Shown piece after piece: positions 11,701 to 24,978 of a stretch of 64,000 nt of DNA. The notes beneath the pieces are model-generated. The model did not search any database, was not told where the DNA came from, and was given only the letters and a program-made list of their open reading frames with translations. Where the stretch lies: assembly GCA_008632985.1 (NCBI GenBank), contig QPGO01000152.1, positions 62,001 to 126,000 of the forward strand. Direction: 5' to 3'. Source of the stretch: Psammoneis japonica. Taxonomy: Eukaryota. A program made the translations under genes and the position numbers. Within the stretch, counting starts at the first letter, position 1. Each line of letters starts with the position of its first letter.

Positions 11701-12520
11701 ATTTGAGTTGGATACCATCGAACGAACGAACGAACGCAACGAAAACGATGCGATGACTGCACACTGAGCACACGCTTCGCTGCTGCTTCGCTCTGCTCTG
11801 GCTGAACGGCTGCTGTCTCACTTTCTGCACGAGTTCATCATGATCAGTCAGTGTCCTGCACTGCACGGCTGTCTCACTCTCGCTGCATGAGTTCATCATG
11901 ATCAGTGTCCCAACACAAAAGTGTCGCCGTCAAATCAGCGACTCAAGAGCGCGCACACCCGCCAGCAGTCTTGCGCTTCCTTTGGACATTCCAGCAAAAA
12001 AAGAGGGGGGCTGACCTCAGTGCAGCTTGTTGTCAATGTTGCCAGCATCTTGGGCTTGTGTGACTTGAGCCAACTTGATGATCACATTGTGGCAGTCTCC
12101 AGATGACATGGCACAACTGGCGGAGAGCGCACAACGCTGTGCCCCGAGCTGCGAGCCAGAGCTGTGTGCTCAATCTTGTGTTTTCTTTTGTCTTGCTCTC
12201 CTTTTGCCCCTCCCCCCTTCCCCCCCGCTGGTCACTTGCCTGCTCTTCTTGGTGCCAAGAACACATTTCTTTGACTTCTGAGCATCGTGGCTCAATGGCG
12301 TTTTTGTCTGCCATGATGGGGCGTGTCCTTGCTGGCCAACTGTGCAATTGTTGCCAGCAACATCAATGTTTTGCTGGCACCCCCTCCTTCTCAGAGCCTC
12401 CCAGCACCACAATGGAGTGTGTGTTGAAAAAATTGGGGGTTGGCCAGCTGCAGCTGCCCTGGCTGCCATTGCCAAAAAGCGGCTTTGGGTCTCTTTTTGT
12501 GGGTGCAAAATTTGAGCAGC

Positions 12521-12779
12521 CACAAAATGACAGAAGTTGAAGATGACTGGGTGGAAGAAAACAATGACTCCTTGCTGTTGTCCAAATGGCGCAGATGAGT
12601 TTCTGTTCAGAGATCATCACAGGAGCCAAGAGACTGGTGCCAGGATGTCACCACTGCTGTTGCTGTTCTTGTGATCCGACAAGTCGATTGAAAGAAAGCT
12701 GCGTTGCACATCACGTGCAGAGCTGAGAGCACACACACAATTGTGAATGACAAAATAAAATCTTGCTCAAATCCCATCA
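12521..12779 (-). repeat. 3' LTR-like repeat of the copia element
   Basis: Starts TGATGGGATTTG directly after the PPT; aligns with 15202-15453; distal end approximate. Confidence 0.75.
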
Positions 12780-15201
12780 CTCCCCAGTTTGTTTGAAGAG
12801 TCTGCAGCAACAGATTTGAGATTGGGCTGGATGAAGGCCTCGGGATTGAAGCCCCAAAACATCAGAGGATGGAGAAGGTTCCAGAGGAGCAGCCCCAGTG
12901 CTTGCTGAGAATGTTGGCTGGGTTGCAGGAACCTTCAAAGCAATGAAACTTGACTTGAGGAAACCAGAGGCAATTGCCTCACGTGCATGGTGGAATGAGA
13001 GGGTGGTGTGTCACTTGTGCAACTTGGAGTGTGGGACAGCAGCACCATCTGCAGCCAACTTGTTGTCTCCAAACATGTGACACATGTTGTGAGCGGGGAT
13101 GCTGAGGTGATGCAAAGTGATGCACAGATCAATGATCTGTTCAACACATGTCCTTGCAGCAACAAACTCAGATCCATGCATTGCAGTCTTGACTGTTGCT
13201 CTTCTTTCTTGGAAAACAACAGGGGAAACTTGTTGAGGAAATGGATGATGCCCGTGACAGAGTGTCCAGTGAGCACGCAATGGAACAAGTTTGCACCAAG
13301 ACAGTGAGTTGTGGTGATGAACTTGCCAAGTGGCTTGGGTGCATCTTGTGGGAGGAGCTCTTCTGCCTCTCCATGCATGGATTGAACCCAGTTGTGCACG
13401 GGCTCAGGGAGGTCCAAATGGCTGTGTTTCTTGGTGCGCACTCAGAGGGCACCATGTTGCATCTTGGACAGGAATCCACAGACACGTTTGGCATGACCCA
13501 GATGGCCTTGATGAGGTGCCATGCAGAAGCTGGACAGTGACACAATGGCTGCAGCAATGTCAATGTAACCGAGTGATGCAGCCCATCACAGGGAGGTCAG
13601 CCAACCAAAGATTGGAGTTGATGAATGCCATCAGGCTCAAGCAGTTCAAAGGTGTCAAGCTCAGGGGTGGTGTCCCTTCTCAAGAGGGAAAGCACATTGG
13701 TGCAAGGCTTCTTCCCAAAGAGATGTGTGCAGTTGTCAGCCATGCGCTCAATGCACTTGCAAGGAGCAAGGCACAGGGTGCCATCGGAATCATGGGTGAA
13801 GTTGCAACCAAGGTGGAACTCCAATGGTCCAGTGCCCTTGAGCTTGAGCTTGAGCTTGTGCTTCTCTGTGAGAGTGTCTGCAAGAGCTGAGAGTCCTTCA
13901 CGGTGAAGGCCAGGTTGTCCACATGCACCGTTTCTCCTTGGTTGTGGCTTTGAGACAGGCGTTGCCAATGCTGGTCACCCAAGTCTCCAGTTTGTTGAGT
14001 TTGGCCAGGAAGATCATCAGCCAAAGACCACAGAAGGACACCACTCCAGAGCAGACACTGTCAATGGGTGCATCTGTGAGGTGTCCATCGGCAACAAGTC
14101 ATGCTTTGTGCTGTCGATCATGTTTGACATTGCAGATGAGGTGCGCCCCAATCTTCTTGTGCTCTGCTGGGGCACTGGAGTCCTTGCAGTGTCTGCAATT
14201 GTGAAAGACTTTGTGCTCCTCACCAAGCTGGGTCATCTCAAGGTCCACTGCATCTCCCCACTTGTGGTTGCCATTGCACTTGTCAAGGGCCAAGGTGTGC
14301 TTGCAGCCCCGGGGCACATCACACCTGCACTTGTGTTGTGGCACAGTGGGAAATGAGTGCAGCTTGGCTTGGTTGGCCATGCTGTTCTTCTGGCACAGAG
14401 CTGTGGTTTGGAAGCATTTCCATCCATTGGTTTGAAGCAAACCATGCTCATGTGTGCAGATGGCACAGGTGATGGGATTGTCTTTGGCGATGAAAGAGGT
14501 TCCAACGTGATCCCCCCATGCTCCCATTCAAGCATGACATTGAAGCTTGAGCCTTTCCAGTGGGGGTCATGAGGTCTCAATGGTTCTTTGTGTGAAATGA
14601 TGCAACAGAACTTCCAGAGGGTGGCATCCTTGTCTTCTTGCTCCATGTGGTGCATGATGCCGCCATTGCAGGCAAGAATTTCCTTGCGTTCATCATTGTT
14701 GATGGAGCAAATGAATTTGACGAGTTCTGGGTTGTCACTGATTTCCCAGTCATGGTCTTCAATGGCCTTGACAACGCCGGCTCTGTGGCATTGTCCGTCC
14801 TCCCGTGGCTTCATGAGGAAGGTGCACCCAACAATGTCCTTGGGGTGAAAGACTTCTTTCCCAGTCATGGTCTGCAATGGCCTTGACAATGCAGGCTCTG
14901 TGGCATTGTCCATCTTCTTGTGGCTTCATGAGGAAGGTGCATGCAACAATGTCCTTGGGGTCAAAGACTGGCATTTTGGGCATCCTGATTGCCTCCCCAT
15001 CTGGCGAATCTGGTGAATCCTTGGAGTTGTGTCAGGATTTGATGATGGGTTGAGCAGATTTCCCATCAGGAGGATCAAGACAGAGGTTGCAGGCAGATGG
15101 GTTGAGGGTGGAGTGCACGTTTGATTGGCAAAGTGTCTTCTGAGTGTTGTCAGAGAGAATCTTGAATGTCATTTGATGACCCACGCCACACTCGGCAATG
15201 C

Positions 15202-15453
15202 CAACAAAAAACAGAAATCAAAGATGACTGGGTGGATGAAAACAATGGCTCCTTGCTGCAATCTAAACAGCACATGAGTCTCCATGCAGAGACCTTTGCA
15301 GGAGCCAAAAGACTGGTGTTGTGATGTTGGCACTGCTGTTGTTGTTCTTGTGAGCCAAGTGGCTCAAAAGCAAACCACATCATGCACCACACGCGGGACT
15401 GAGAGCACACACAATTTTGTGCAACAAACTGAAATCTTGTTCAAATCCCATCA
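15202..15453 (-). repeat. 5' LTR-like repeat of the copia element
   Basis: Diverged direct copy of 12521-12779 (shared agatgactgggtgga ... caaatcccatcac). Confidence 0.7.
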
Positions 15454-18400
15454 CAAAACAGAAAAGACCTGTGCTTCAACTTTCTGAAGAGAGCTCAGAG
15501 TCAGCTTGGTGCACCATGAAAAAAGAGTGTGCACCCCTCTTCCAACCCTCCCCTTTTTGCAGCTTTTCCAGGATGTGGCTTCCCTTCTCACTTGCCACTG
15601 TCTCACAGCAAGACTTGTCAATGACAAACAAATCACATTGTCATTGTTCAGCAGCTTGTGCAGCTGCTGTGAGGCAGCTTGCTTGGTGTGTCATGTGCAA
15701 TCTGCACACTGTTGCAACAAAAATGTCCAATGTTTTGTCCTCCAGACTTGTTTGAAAAACAATTTTGCACCACCAGCAGGATTGCTTTGGTGTTCTGAGG
15801 CTTGCTTTGCTCAACATGTTGCTTGCCACTCTCTCCCAATGAAGGCTCCTTGTGGGGAAAACCAAGTGAGGGCTGTGTGGCCTGCTGCTCCACTCTGGAA
15901 GCAAATTGAAAAAATGACTTGGATTGTGGGAGAAAGCACAGAAAGCAAAAAGGAGAAAAAGTCAAAAAAGTTGTCAGGACTTCAAAAACAAATTTGAACA
16001 AATTGTGAATGCACCTGACAAAAAACAAGCTCTCAGTTTTGTGTTTTTTTTTTGGTGTGTTGGGGGGGGGGGGGGGCAGGGTGAGATCATTTTTGGCAAG
16101 AAAGAAGTTTGAGGATGGAGTGTGCTGTGGCACAAAGGTGACTTGGTGAATGACCCTGCAACCACAGCAGAGTGCAACAAAATTGAGAGCTTTGTCTCTT
16201 GGTGTGACAAAGCTGGGATGCAGATGAGCTTGCATGCCCACCTCACATCAGGTGAGGTTTGTTCCCGAGTGCATCTTCTCTCAGTGGGTGACTCAAGCTT
16301 TGTCATTCTTCTTTAAAAGGGCTCTGTTTGATTGCCAGTGATTGTGAAAAAAAGATGCCTGGCAACAAACCAGCTTTTGTTCAAGACAAGATAGAGCGCT
16401 GCTTTTTGTTTGCATTGTTTGCCAGTTTCTTTTGCAAAAGCCACTGCCGGTGCATGTGTGGTTCAAAGATTGAGTGGAGGGGCTTGTCAGAGTGAATGTC
16501 TTTGCCAGCTTCTGTTCTGTGCTTTTTTGCCATTGAGAGCTGCTTCATTGAGATGGGAGGCATGTCTGACATAAAAGCTGTCCCCCACTCCTCATTTTTG
16601 CACTGCTTGGAAAACAGAGACAAGCTTTCTGCATGCACTTCACTCAGCTTCAGGCACAAGTGCACTTTGCTCACTTTGACATCTCCCAGGTTAACATGTT
16701 TGAGAGTGGGAATTTGGAGCAACAATGTTGTGCTCTTGTTCTTTGGGCATCAATTGAGGTGTGCAAGTGACAGCCACTGATGAAAAAGCCAAAAAGGGAA
16801 AGAAGAACGTGGCCTTGGTCTGGAGCATGCAATGAGGCCCTTGGCCAGGTGTGGTTGCCAAGAGCAGTGTGGGGTGAACCACAGCAGGTTGGGACAACAG
16901 AATTGTCACCTGGCCATTCTTGGCACAGATGAACAGATTGTGCTGGGCAGTGCATCAAAGCCAACAAAGATGGGCCCATCTGGAGAGCTTGCCAAACACT
17001 GGGGTGACAAAGGGGTGCATGTTGCATCATCTGGGGCAGCAGCTTTGTCTGCCTGTTTGCTGTTCAACAACTGGGCTGGGGCAAAACTTTGGTGGATTGA
17101 GGCTGTCCCCCAGCACAATGGTGAAAGAGACACTGAAACAAAGCCAGGTTGTCCATCAAAACAACAGATTGTGGGTGTGACAACAAGCAGTCTGCTTGTC
17201 CACACATGCTGTGGCACTCTTTTGTGTGCATCTCATGAGAAATGTGCTCATTTTCTGAGATGGCACCCCCAGGTTGTCCTCTTGAAAATGTGCCAAGCTC
17301 TTCTTTGTGTCTGAGAACAAGACCGCTGCTTGCACTCAGCAACAAGTGGACCAGTCCACCACAGAGAGAGGCAGTTGAAGGGAAGGTTGCTTTTGTTTCT
17401 CTGATGCACTCAGGTGGAGGACCTGCCCCGCAGCATCAGTTGAAGTGGGGCAGCAAAACCAACCAGCACATGCTTCCACAAACACCCAGTTGGGGTGCAA
17501 AAGCAACTCAACACAACAAAGAGCTGCTGCTGCCTGTGTTGCCAGCCATTGCTTCTCTGCCACAAGTTGTTGTGCACAAGCTTGTGTTTGGGAGGCTCGC
17601 ATGTGTTTCTCTCAACAGAGCTCTCATGAATGACTGAAGTCAGGCTTGGCACTTGCAGCATGAGAGCATTGCCACAAAGCAGTTCTGCAAACCCTGCATG
17701 CACCTGCTGTCTTGTTGGGTTGTTGCCTGGGCCAATCATCCACACCAGCATGTTGTCACATTGTTCAGTTGATCTGAAACTGTGGTGTGGTGTGGAGAGT
17801 GAAATCATGCATTTTGTGTGTGGTGATCAAGGTTCCTGGGATTTGTTTGGGCATCTTGACACAAGAACATTTTTCATGTCAGATTGGCACCATCTTTGTC
17901 AATCTCTCGGTGGGTGCAGCCAGTCTTTTTTTTGCTTTGGATGTGCAAATGGTTTGTTGTTGTCTGCCCCAGAAGATCACAACAGAGGGTGCCCCACTGG
18001 ACAAAAAAACAACTCCCACAATGGGTGGTGACAATCATTTGCATGCCAGACATCACACCTCATCCCCAGATCCTGGAGCTGTTTGGACAGTGCAAGCCAG
18101 ATGCTGACTTTCTGGTTTTGCAGAGTGCAGGTCCACTGCCCACCAGCAAATGGACTCTTGCTCATTGTGAGTTGCTGCTCCAGCTTTCATTGCAGAAATC
18201 TGTGCAAAAACTGCACCAACTTTCTGCACAAGGTTTTGTTGATGTGCAGTTTTTCTCTCAAGTTGAGCTTGGCAGAACTGCTGTTCTTTGTTGTTCTTTG
18301 CCTTGGATGACCTTTGTGCAAGAAAGTGGCAGACATGACAAGATGTTTCTCCCACAAGTCAAACTTGGCAGAACTGCCATGCCATTTGTTGAAGTCTCTG

Positions 18401-20800
18401 GCAACCTGTGCAATGAGATGGCAAAAGACAAGGTCGGTCAGATGTGCTGGTGAAAGGAGACGTTGCTTGCAAGCTGCACAGATCACTCCCACAACAGGAT
18501 GTTTTGTTGCCCAAGCAAGCTTGTGGGGGAATGCCACTGGCATCCCTGGCGGGCATTGTGACACCCCACAGTGCCACAGGCTTGGATGACAGCATTTTCC
18601 TTTCTTTTCTTGGTCATGCAAAGCTCATTTTAGTCATCCAAAAGGACTCTGGTGGCTTCTGGCATCATGGTGCACAGTGCCCCAGGTGGTGCACCACTGG
18701 GCTGGGTCACAATTTTTTGTTCATTGGGAAGTGTGGCAACACACTGTGAACTTTTGCTTTGGCATGCACAGATGCAAATGGGACTTTGTGACAGTGCTTG
18801 ATTTGCAAGGGAGAGAAAAAAACATGCTGCCAAGACATCAGAAAAAGAGAGATCACTTGCAGGCCCATGTGACTGACCACACTTGAGTTTGCACTGCCTG
18901 TTGTGCAGCAAGTGGGTGCAATCTCTTCTGGAGGAGAGAGATCCAGCACTGGCGGCACCGTTGTGGAGGAAGAGATGAACAATCAAGAAGAGGAAAATGA
19001 TGCTGGCAAGTGGAAGCAGAAGAGAGCAAAAAAAAAGGCGCCATCAAGACCACCACCTGTCCCAGCAACTCTGCAGCCAGCAACAACTCAAGACATCCAG
19101 AGTTGACAAAACAGGGCACTGTTGTCTGCTGCTTTTCACTGATTTGATGTGTGCAATTTTCAGCAACAAAACAATGAACAGCTGCAAGGGAATGCTGCAG
19201 GTGGATGCATGATGAAGAAAATGCAAAAAGAAGGGTGCACAACATGTTTGGAGCTGATGTGTTCCCACAGCTCAGAACAGGAAGTGTGCGAGAGATTTCT
19301 TGTGGCTCCAAATGACAACAGCAACAATTGCCAGAATGTCTTTTCCCCTCAGTGGCAAAGACAATGATGGCAAAGGATGTGACATTGTCACCAAGTTTGC
19401 CACAAGATGTTTCAGAGGACAAGCTGTTGTCTGCCTTTGCAAGAGCAAAGGGTCCAAAAATGGATGTCCACCAGACACATCATGACTGTGGACTGACAAT
19501 GGGGCAACAAGAGCAAGAGAGAGAGACAATGAGCTGCCAGTGGCCACACATGCACAACAGTCAAAGCTGCAGCAGCCGCAGCAGCAGCAGCACAGCTCTG
19601 GCCACTTGCAAACATTTGCCAGTGTGAGGAGCAGCTGAAGCCACTCAAAGCAAACACACTCTTTGGGGTGTGCAGGAGCAATGCAGAGCCAGCAAAGGAC
19701 CAGAAGCTGGCAGAGAGAGAGAGAAAGAGAACAAACAAAGCACTCCAGCTGATTGCCTCTCACCTCCAACATCATGAACATGACCACAACAACATGCCTG
19801 TGGATGCCTTCATCAAAGCCCTCCACGTTGCAATGAAAAACAACATGTTCGCATTTAGAGACACCACCTGGCACCAGCACAATGGAGCCACCATGGGCAC
19901 ACCACCCACTCCTCCATGCACCACCCTCTGCCACGCCCTTTGCAAAGACATGCTCCTGCCTGGACAAGTTTGGCTCCCATCTCTGCTGCTGCAAATGCCT
20001 CATTGACAATGTCTTTGGCATCTGGCACATCACCAACCCTGCCACCAATGCTGCAAACTGGGAAGCATTTGCCTCCAGGCTCAATGACTTTGACATCACC
20101 TGAGCCATGAGCCCAAGAAGCCACCAAGTGAACTTTGTGGACCTTGTGACCTCGCTCCAAGGCTCACACCTCCATGCTGCCCTCTGTGACAAAGAAATGA
20201 ATTTGTGCATGTGCACCCCACCACACTCAGCTCACCCACCTGGAGTGCTCACCGGCCCAATCATGGGCATGCTCTTTCACTTAAAAAATCTCTGCTCCAA
20301 CCAAGATGATGCCAAAGCAAAAAAGAAATTGCTCTGCCACCCACTGCAAGCCCCAGTGGCTGCAAGCCCAACAAACCACTGCCGCTCTTCTACAAAGCAT
20401 GCAACCTCATCTTTGGCAATGCTGCCAGAGCTGAAGAGCCCCAGTCAAACCCCATGTTCTTGCACTTCCCATGTCTCATCCAAATGTGACCCACCATCAA
20501 GCAAACTGCAGAAGCTCTGGAAAGGCACAATGGCCCACCCTCCCTGCTCACAATCCCTGCTGCAGTTGCTTGCATGACCTTGGAAAGTTGCTCCGATGTC
20601 ACAACCTTTGCATCTCCCATGCCCCCCCCATTTTGTTCCACAAGGTTGCAAACAGAGAGGCCACTGAGAGACAAAGAGAGATGGGGGGAGAGAGAGAGAG
20701 AAACAGCATGGTGAGTTGATTTGAAAAAGCAGTCAATTGAGTCCACCCATCTGTCCCCCACCACTTGGATCTTTTTAACGCAACAACCTCAACCACGTGA

Positions 20801-20869
20801 ACAACAACAGCCGGCCACTGATGAAGCCACCATGAAAGTCTCGCCCCTGACTTTGGCCAACATTGTTGT
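20801..20869 (+). ncRNA. Minimal type I hammerhead ribozyme candidate, copy 1
   Basis: Stem I GGCCA(20813-17)/TGGCC(20854-58), CTGATGA 20818-24, 1-bp stem II, GAAA 20834-37, stem III AGTC/GACT, CUU cleavage triplet. Confidence 0.7.
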
Positions 20870-22518
20870 GCCTGCTGTTCATTGAAACAGTTGGACAAAC
20901 ATCCAAGCTGGTGGCTTCACCTTGGCCACTGGTGTCATCTGTTTGTCACATTTGACAGAGCATCTGCAGCACCAATTCTGTTTGTTCATTTGAGAGAGAG
21001 TTGAAAGACAACAATGGACGCTGCAACCAAGACCAGCATCCCCAAATGTGTGCATTTTGATTCAAGAACTGTGGTGAATCCCACCCACCAGCAACCAAGG
21101 ACACCCCTTGCCACCGCCACCCAACACATCAGGGACCACATCGCATTGCTCCAACCTGAGACAGCCGCCATCCTTGAGAGGCTTGCACTCCAACACCTTC
21201 AACTGCAAGCTGAGGCCAATGACAAGGCCTTTCATGTCAAGAAGATGAGTCATGATGAGGAGTTTATCCCCCACTCAGCCAGAATCAATTTTGAATTTCA
21301 AATGTCAAAAGTGGCTGAACAGAGCCAGGAGTTTGCAGCTCTGCAGGAGGAAACAAACCACCCCATCAAACACACCCAAAATGCTTTCAAAAAGCAAACA
21401 ATCACAGCCACCAAGATTGAGTGCAAAGTCCTTCAAGAAGAAATTGTGGAGTCCTGGGCAAAAGCCATCCGACTCTCAACAGAAAGTTTCACACTGTGGC
21501 AGACAGCGTCACCACACCTGTCAACACCGCAGTGGCCACTCTTCTCAACTGCTGCCACGAATCCTTGCTCAAGCACATCAAAGTCCAAAATCACAAAACT
21601 TTTCTTGAAAAGCACCAGACCGCAAACAATGTTGCAACCTCACCCCAACCACTGATTGCCCCCACTGCCAGACAAACCAGCACGCAAGAAGAAAATGGCA
21701 CCAAAGATTCTCCATTTCTGATGCAGCTGCAGGCAACAGCACAAGTGCCAACACACACTGCAGCCCAGCAACAAGCCAAAAGCCAACTTGACAAAATCTT
21801 TTGACTCCTGTCAAAAAAGATGGGTGAGGAGCATTTTGAGTCAAAGCAATGGAAAACACCAACATGGAAATTGATGGAGAACCTGCAGTTGACCCCACCA
21901 CCCTGAAAAAACCAATTCACAAGGAGATGGAGAAAATCACCAAAAGGCCAACTCAGCAGGTCAACTCACTCTTGCAACACATCAAATCCATGAAACGACA
22001 GTTGTCAAACAAACAGAGAGGCCCAACCAGCAATGCCGGTGCCTCATCACAAGAAGAAAAAGGCAAAGGTGCCTCGCTGGGTTGCTCAAGGAAACAATGC
22101 CCTCCATGTGACCACAGAGCCAACAATGCCAACAAAGACACCACTGGCGCCAACAAAAACAATCGCCGCTGCTCCAAATCAAAGCAGCCATCACAGAAGA
22201 AGCAGCAGCACTCCAATGCCAACCGGAACAGGTGCCAGAGATGACATCAACATGAATCCACCAAATGCATGGATTTGTTGCTGATCCTTCCAAATTGCTC
22301 TCACACAACACCTTTCCACACCTTGGTGACATGCCTGCTTGGCACCACTTCAGCAGACCATCACATCTCTCCTTTTGCGACTGCACATCTGTGCTCAAAC
22401 CACCCAAGAACCTTGAATCACTCCTTGGTCTCAGCCTCAAGTTCATCCCCACACCTCACTTCACCAGCAGTGGCAAGTCACTCAAGTTCCAAGACCATGC
22501 ACTTGGACGCTTCAAGCT

Positions 22519-23620
22519 GGACCTGGACAAGTGTCACCACTTCGCAAATGCGCCAATTGACAACAACAATGACTGCAACCCAAGAATGCACCTTCGATCC
22601 AACTGGATGCCACCCCCTTGGAACAAAACCAAAATCGTTGAATGCCGCTGCATGAATTTCAAAACAAAACTTGTGCAGCTCTTTGCCAAACGCCATGGCA
22701 GAACCAACCTCCTGCCCCACCAATGCCGCACCCTCACCTGTCTGCACAAACAAGACAACTTTGCAGTTGCCCCATGTGACAACAACCTGGGCCCTGCCAT
22801 TGATGAAAAAACTGAGTGCATCAAAATGGCGTGCCATGATCTCAACAACGCAACTGCACACTGCTGTCTCACCAAATCAAGAAGCTTCTCACTGACTGGC
22901 TCAGAAAATGCAAAGCCGATCTAACCCCAATGGAACGCAAGCATCTCAAACATCACATTGAGACTGACCAAAGTCCATTCCCTGTCTTCCACCTCACTCC
23001 AAAGGTGCACAAGCCCCTGCCACTTGAATCGTGACCCATTGTCTCTGCAAGAAGTGGCAGCCTGCCACATGGGACCTGGGCAAGTGTGACCACTTCGCAA
23101 ATGCGCCAATTGACAACAACAATGACTGCAACCCAAGAATGCACCTTCAATCCAACTGGATGCCACCCCCTTGGAACAAAACCAAAATCGTTGAATGCCG
23201 CTGCATGAATTTCAAAACAAAACTTGCGCAGCTCTTTGCCAAACACCATGGCAGAACCAACCTCCTGTCCCACCAATGCCGCACCCTCACCTGTCTGCAC
23301 AAACAAGACAACTTTGCAGTTGCCCCATGTGACAACAACCTGGGCCCTGCCATTGATGAAAAAACTGAGTGCATCAAAATGGCGTGCCATGATCTCAACA
23401 ATGCAACTGCACACTGCTGTCTCACCAAATCAAGAAGCTTCTCACTGACTGGCTCAGAAAATGCAAAGCCGATCTAACCCCAATGGAATGCAAGCATCTC
23501 AAACATCACATTGAGACTGACCAAACTCCATTCCCTGTCTTCCACCTCACTCCAAAGGTGCACAAGCCCCTGCCACTTGAATCGTGACCCATTGTCTCTG
23601 CAAGTGGCAGCCTGCCACAT
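22519..23620 (+). repeat. 553-bp near-perfect tandem duplication inside the PLE RT ORF
   Basis: ggacctgg(a/g)caagtgt at 22519 and 23072; duplicated translations in the ORF track. Confidence 0.95.
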
Positions 23621-24910
23621 GGCTTGGGCATCTGGGTGGACGGCAAGCTGCAAAAAGTTGCGCGCAAGCAACCATCACACTTTAAAAGCTTGTTGGACCT
23701 AAAAAATGAACTGGTCCAAATGGCGGCATCACCGACTGCCTCCTCTTCACTTCAGATGCCAAGTCCCTCTGCTCAAATGTTCCAACAAGCTGGGCACTTT
23801 GAGCAATGCATCACAGCCTGCCTGCAACGACATGAGAGTGAATTACAAGATGTCCCAACAGAGGATCTTGTCAAAGCCCTCCACATTGCAATGAAAGACA
23901 ATGTCTTTGCCTTTGGAGACACCATGTGGCTTCAACAAACACACCACCCACTCCGCCATGCGCCACGCCATTGTGCACATTGCACAAAGCCGTGCTCCTG
24001 GAAGAGTTTGGCACCAACCTTCTCTTCCACAAGAGATTTGTTGATGATGCATTTGGCATTTGGAAAATCACCAAGCCTGCCACCGACGATGCCCATTGGA
24101 CAGCATTTGCCTCCAGAATGAATGGCTGCAACATCAATTGGGTCACGAGTTCCAGATCACACACAGCAAACTTCATGGACCTCACCATTCATCACACTCC
24201 AAGGCTCTCACCTGCACACCACTCTCTGTGAGAAAGAAATGAACCTGTGCTTGTGTGTCCCGTCACACTCAGCCCACCCACCTGGAGTGCTTGCCAACCC
24301 AAATCATGGGCATGCTCTTCTGCTTTAAAAACCTTTGCTCCAATCCAATCAACGCCAAAGCAAAAATGAAACTTTTGCATCTTCACCTGCTTGCTTGAGG
24401 CTGCAGACCCAGCAAGCTCCAACCCGTCTTTCAAAAAGCACACGACCACTTTTTGGCAACATGACAACAGCAGAAGTGCCCCCATCCAACCCTCCCATCT
24501 TCCTCCACGTCCCATGTCACCCAAACGCCAAACGACCTGCCATCAAGCAAATTGCAGAATGCCCGGAAAGGATTGATGGCCTCTCCCCCTCACTCCCAGC
24601 CACTTGCCAACATTCGAAATCACAGCCGGCAATGCATTGGCTTGGAGTGCATGACAGTTTGTTGCAATTGATCACGCAACCTTGGCAACCTCCTTTCGCA
24701 TCACATCCTGCACATCTCCACTGGCCCCCCAGTTTCTTCCCACAAGATTGCAAACAGGGAGGCCACTGAGAGAGAGAGAGAGCAAGAGAGAGAGATGGAG
24801 AGAGAGAGAGAAACAGCATGGTGAGCTGATTTGAAAAAACAATCAATCTGGTCCACCCATCTGTCCCCTGCCACTTGGATCTTTTTAGTGCAACAACCTC
24901 AACCACGGAA

Positions 24911-24978
24911 ACAACAACAGCTGGCCGCTGATGAAGCCACTGTGAAAGTCTCACTCCTGACTTTGGCCAACGTTGTTG
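24911..24978 (+). ncRNA. Minimal type I hammerhead ribozyme candidate, copy 2
   Basis: GGCCG/TGGCC stem I plus distal CAACAAC/GTTGTTG helix, CTGATGA 24928-34, GAAA 24944-47, stem III AGTC/GACT. Confidence 0.7.

Larger units (their letters stand above)
12521..15453 (-). mobile_element. Degenerate, internally deleted Ty1/copia (CoDi-like) LTR retrotransposon
   Basis: Frameshifted integrase C-terminal, RT and RNase H remnants: GHQMTFKILSDNTQK, VHVDNL (YVDD), ANLFHCVLTGHSVTGIIHFLN, TAMHGSEFVAARTCVEQIIDL, ANILSKHWG; PPT GGGGAG at 12785-12780; flanking direct repeats. Confidence 0.9.

Noticed and set aside
12780..15200. ADAR-type RNA editing of retroelement transcripts as the cause
   Set aside because: Both TA>TG and TA>CA occur on one strand, and a Helitron and an intron-bearing pseudogene are equally affected
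16043..16076. Poly-T/poly-G run as a G-quadruplex element
   Set aside because: Simple homopolymer in decayed DNA; length unreliable and no functional support
20711..20958. Possible PLE intron spanning the hammerhead (ATG/GTGAG ... gacag; other copy gatgg)
   Set aside because: Splicing does not join the ATG in frame to ORF1 at 21014; sequence too degraded to support
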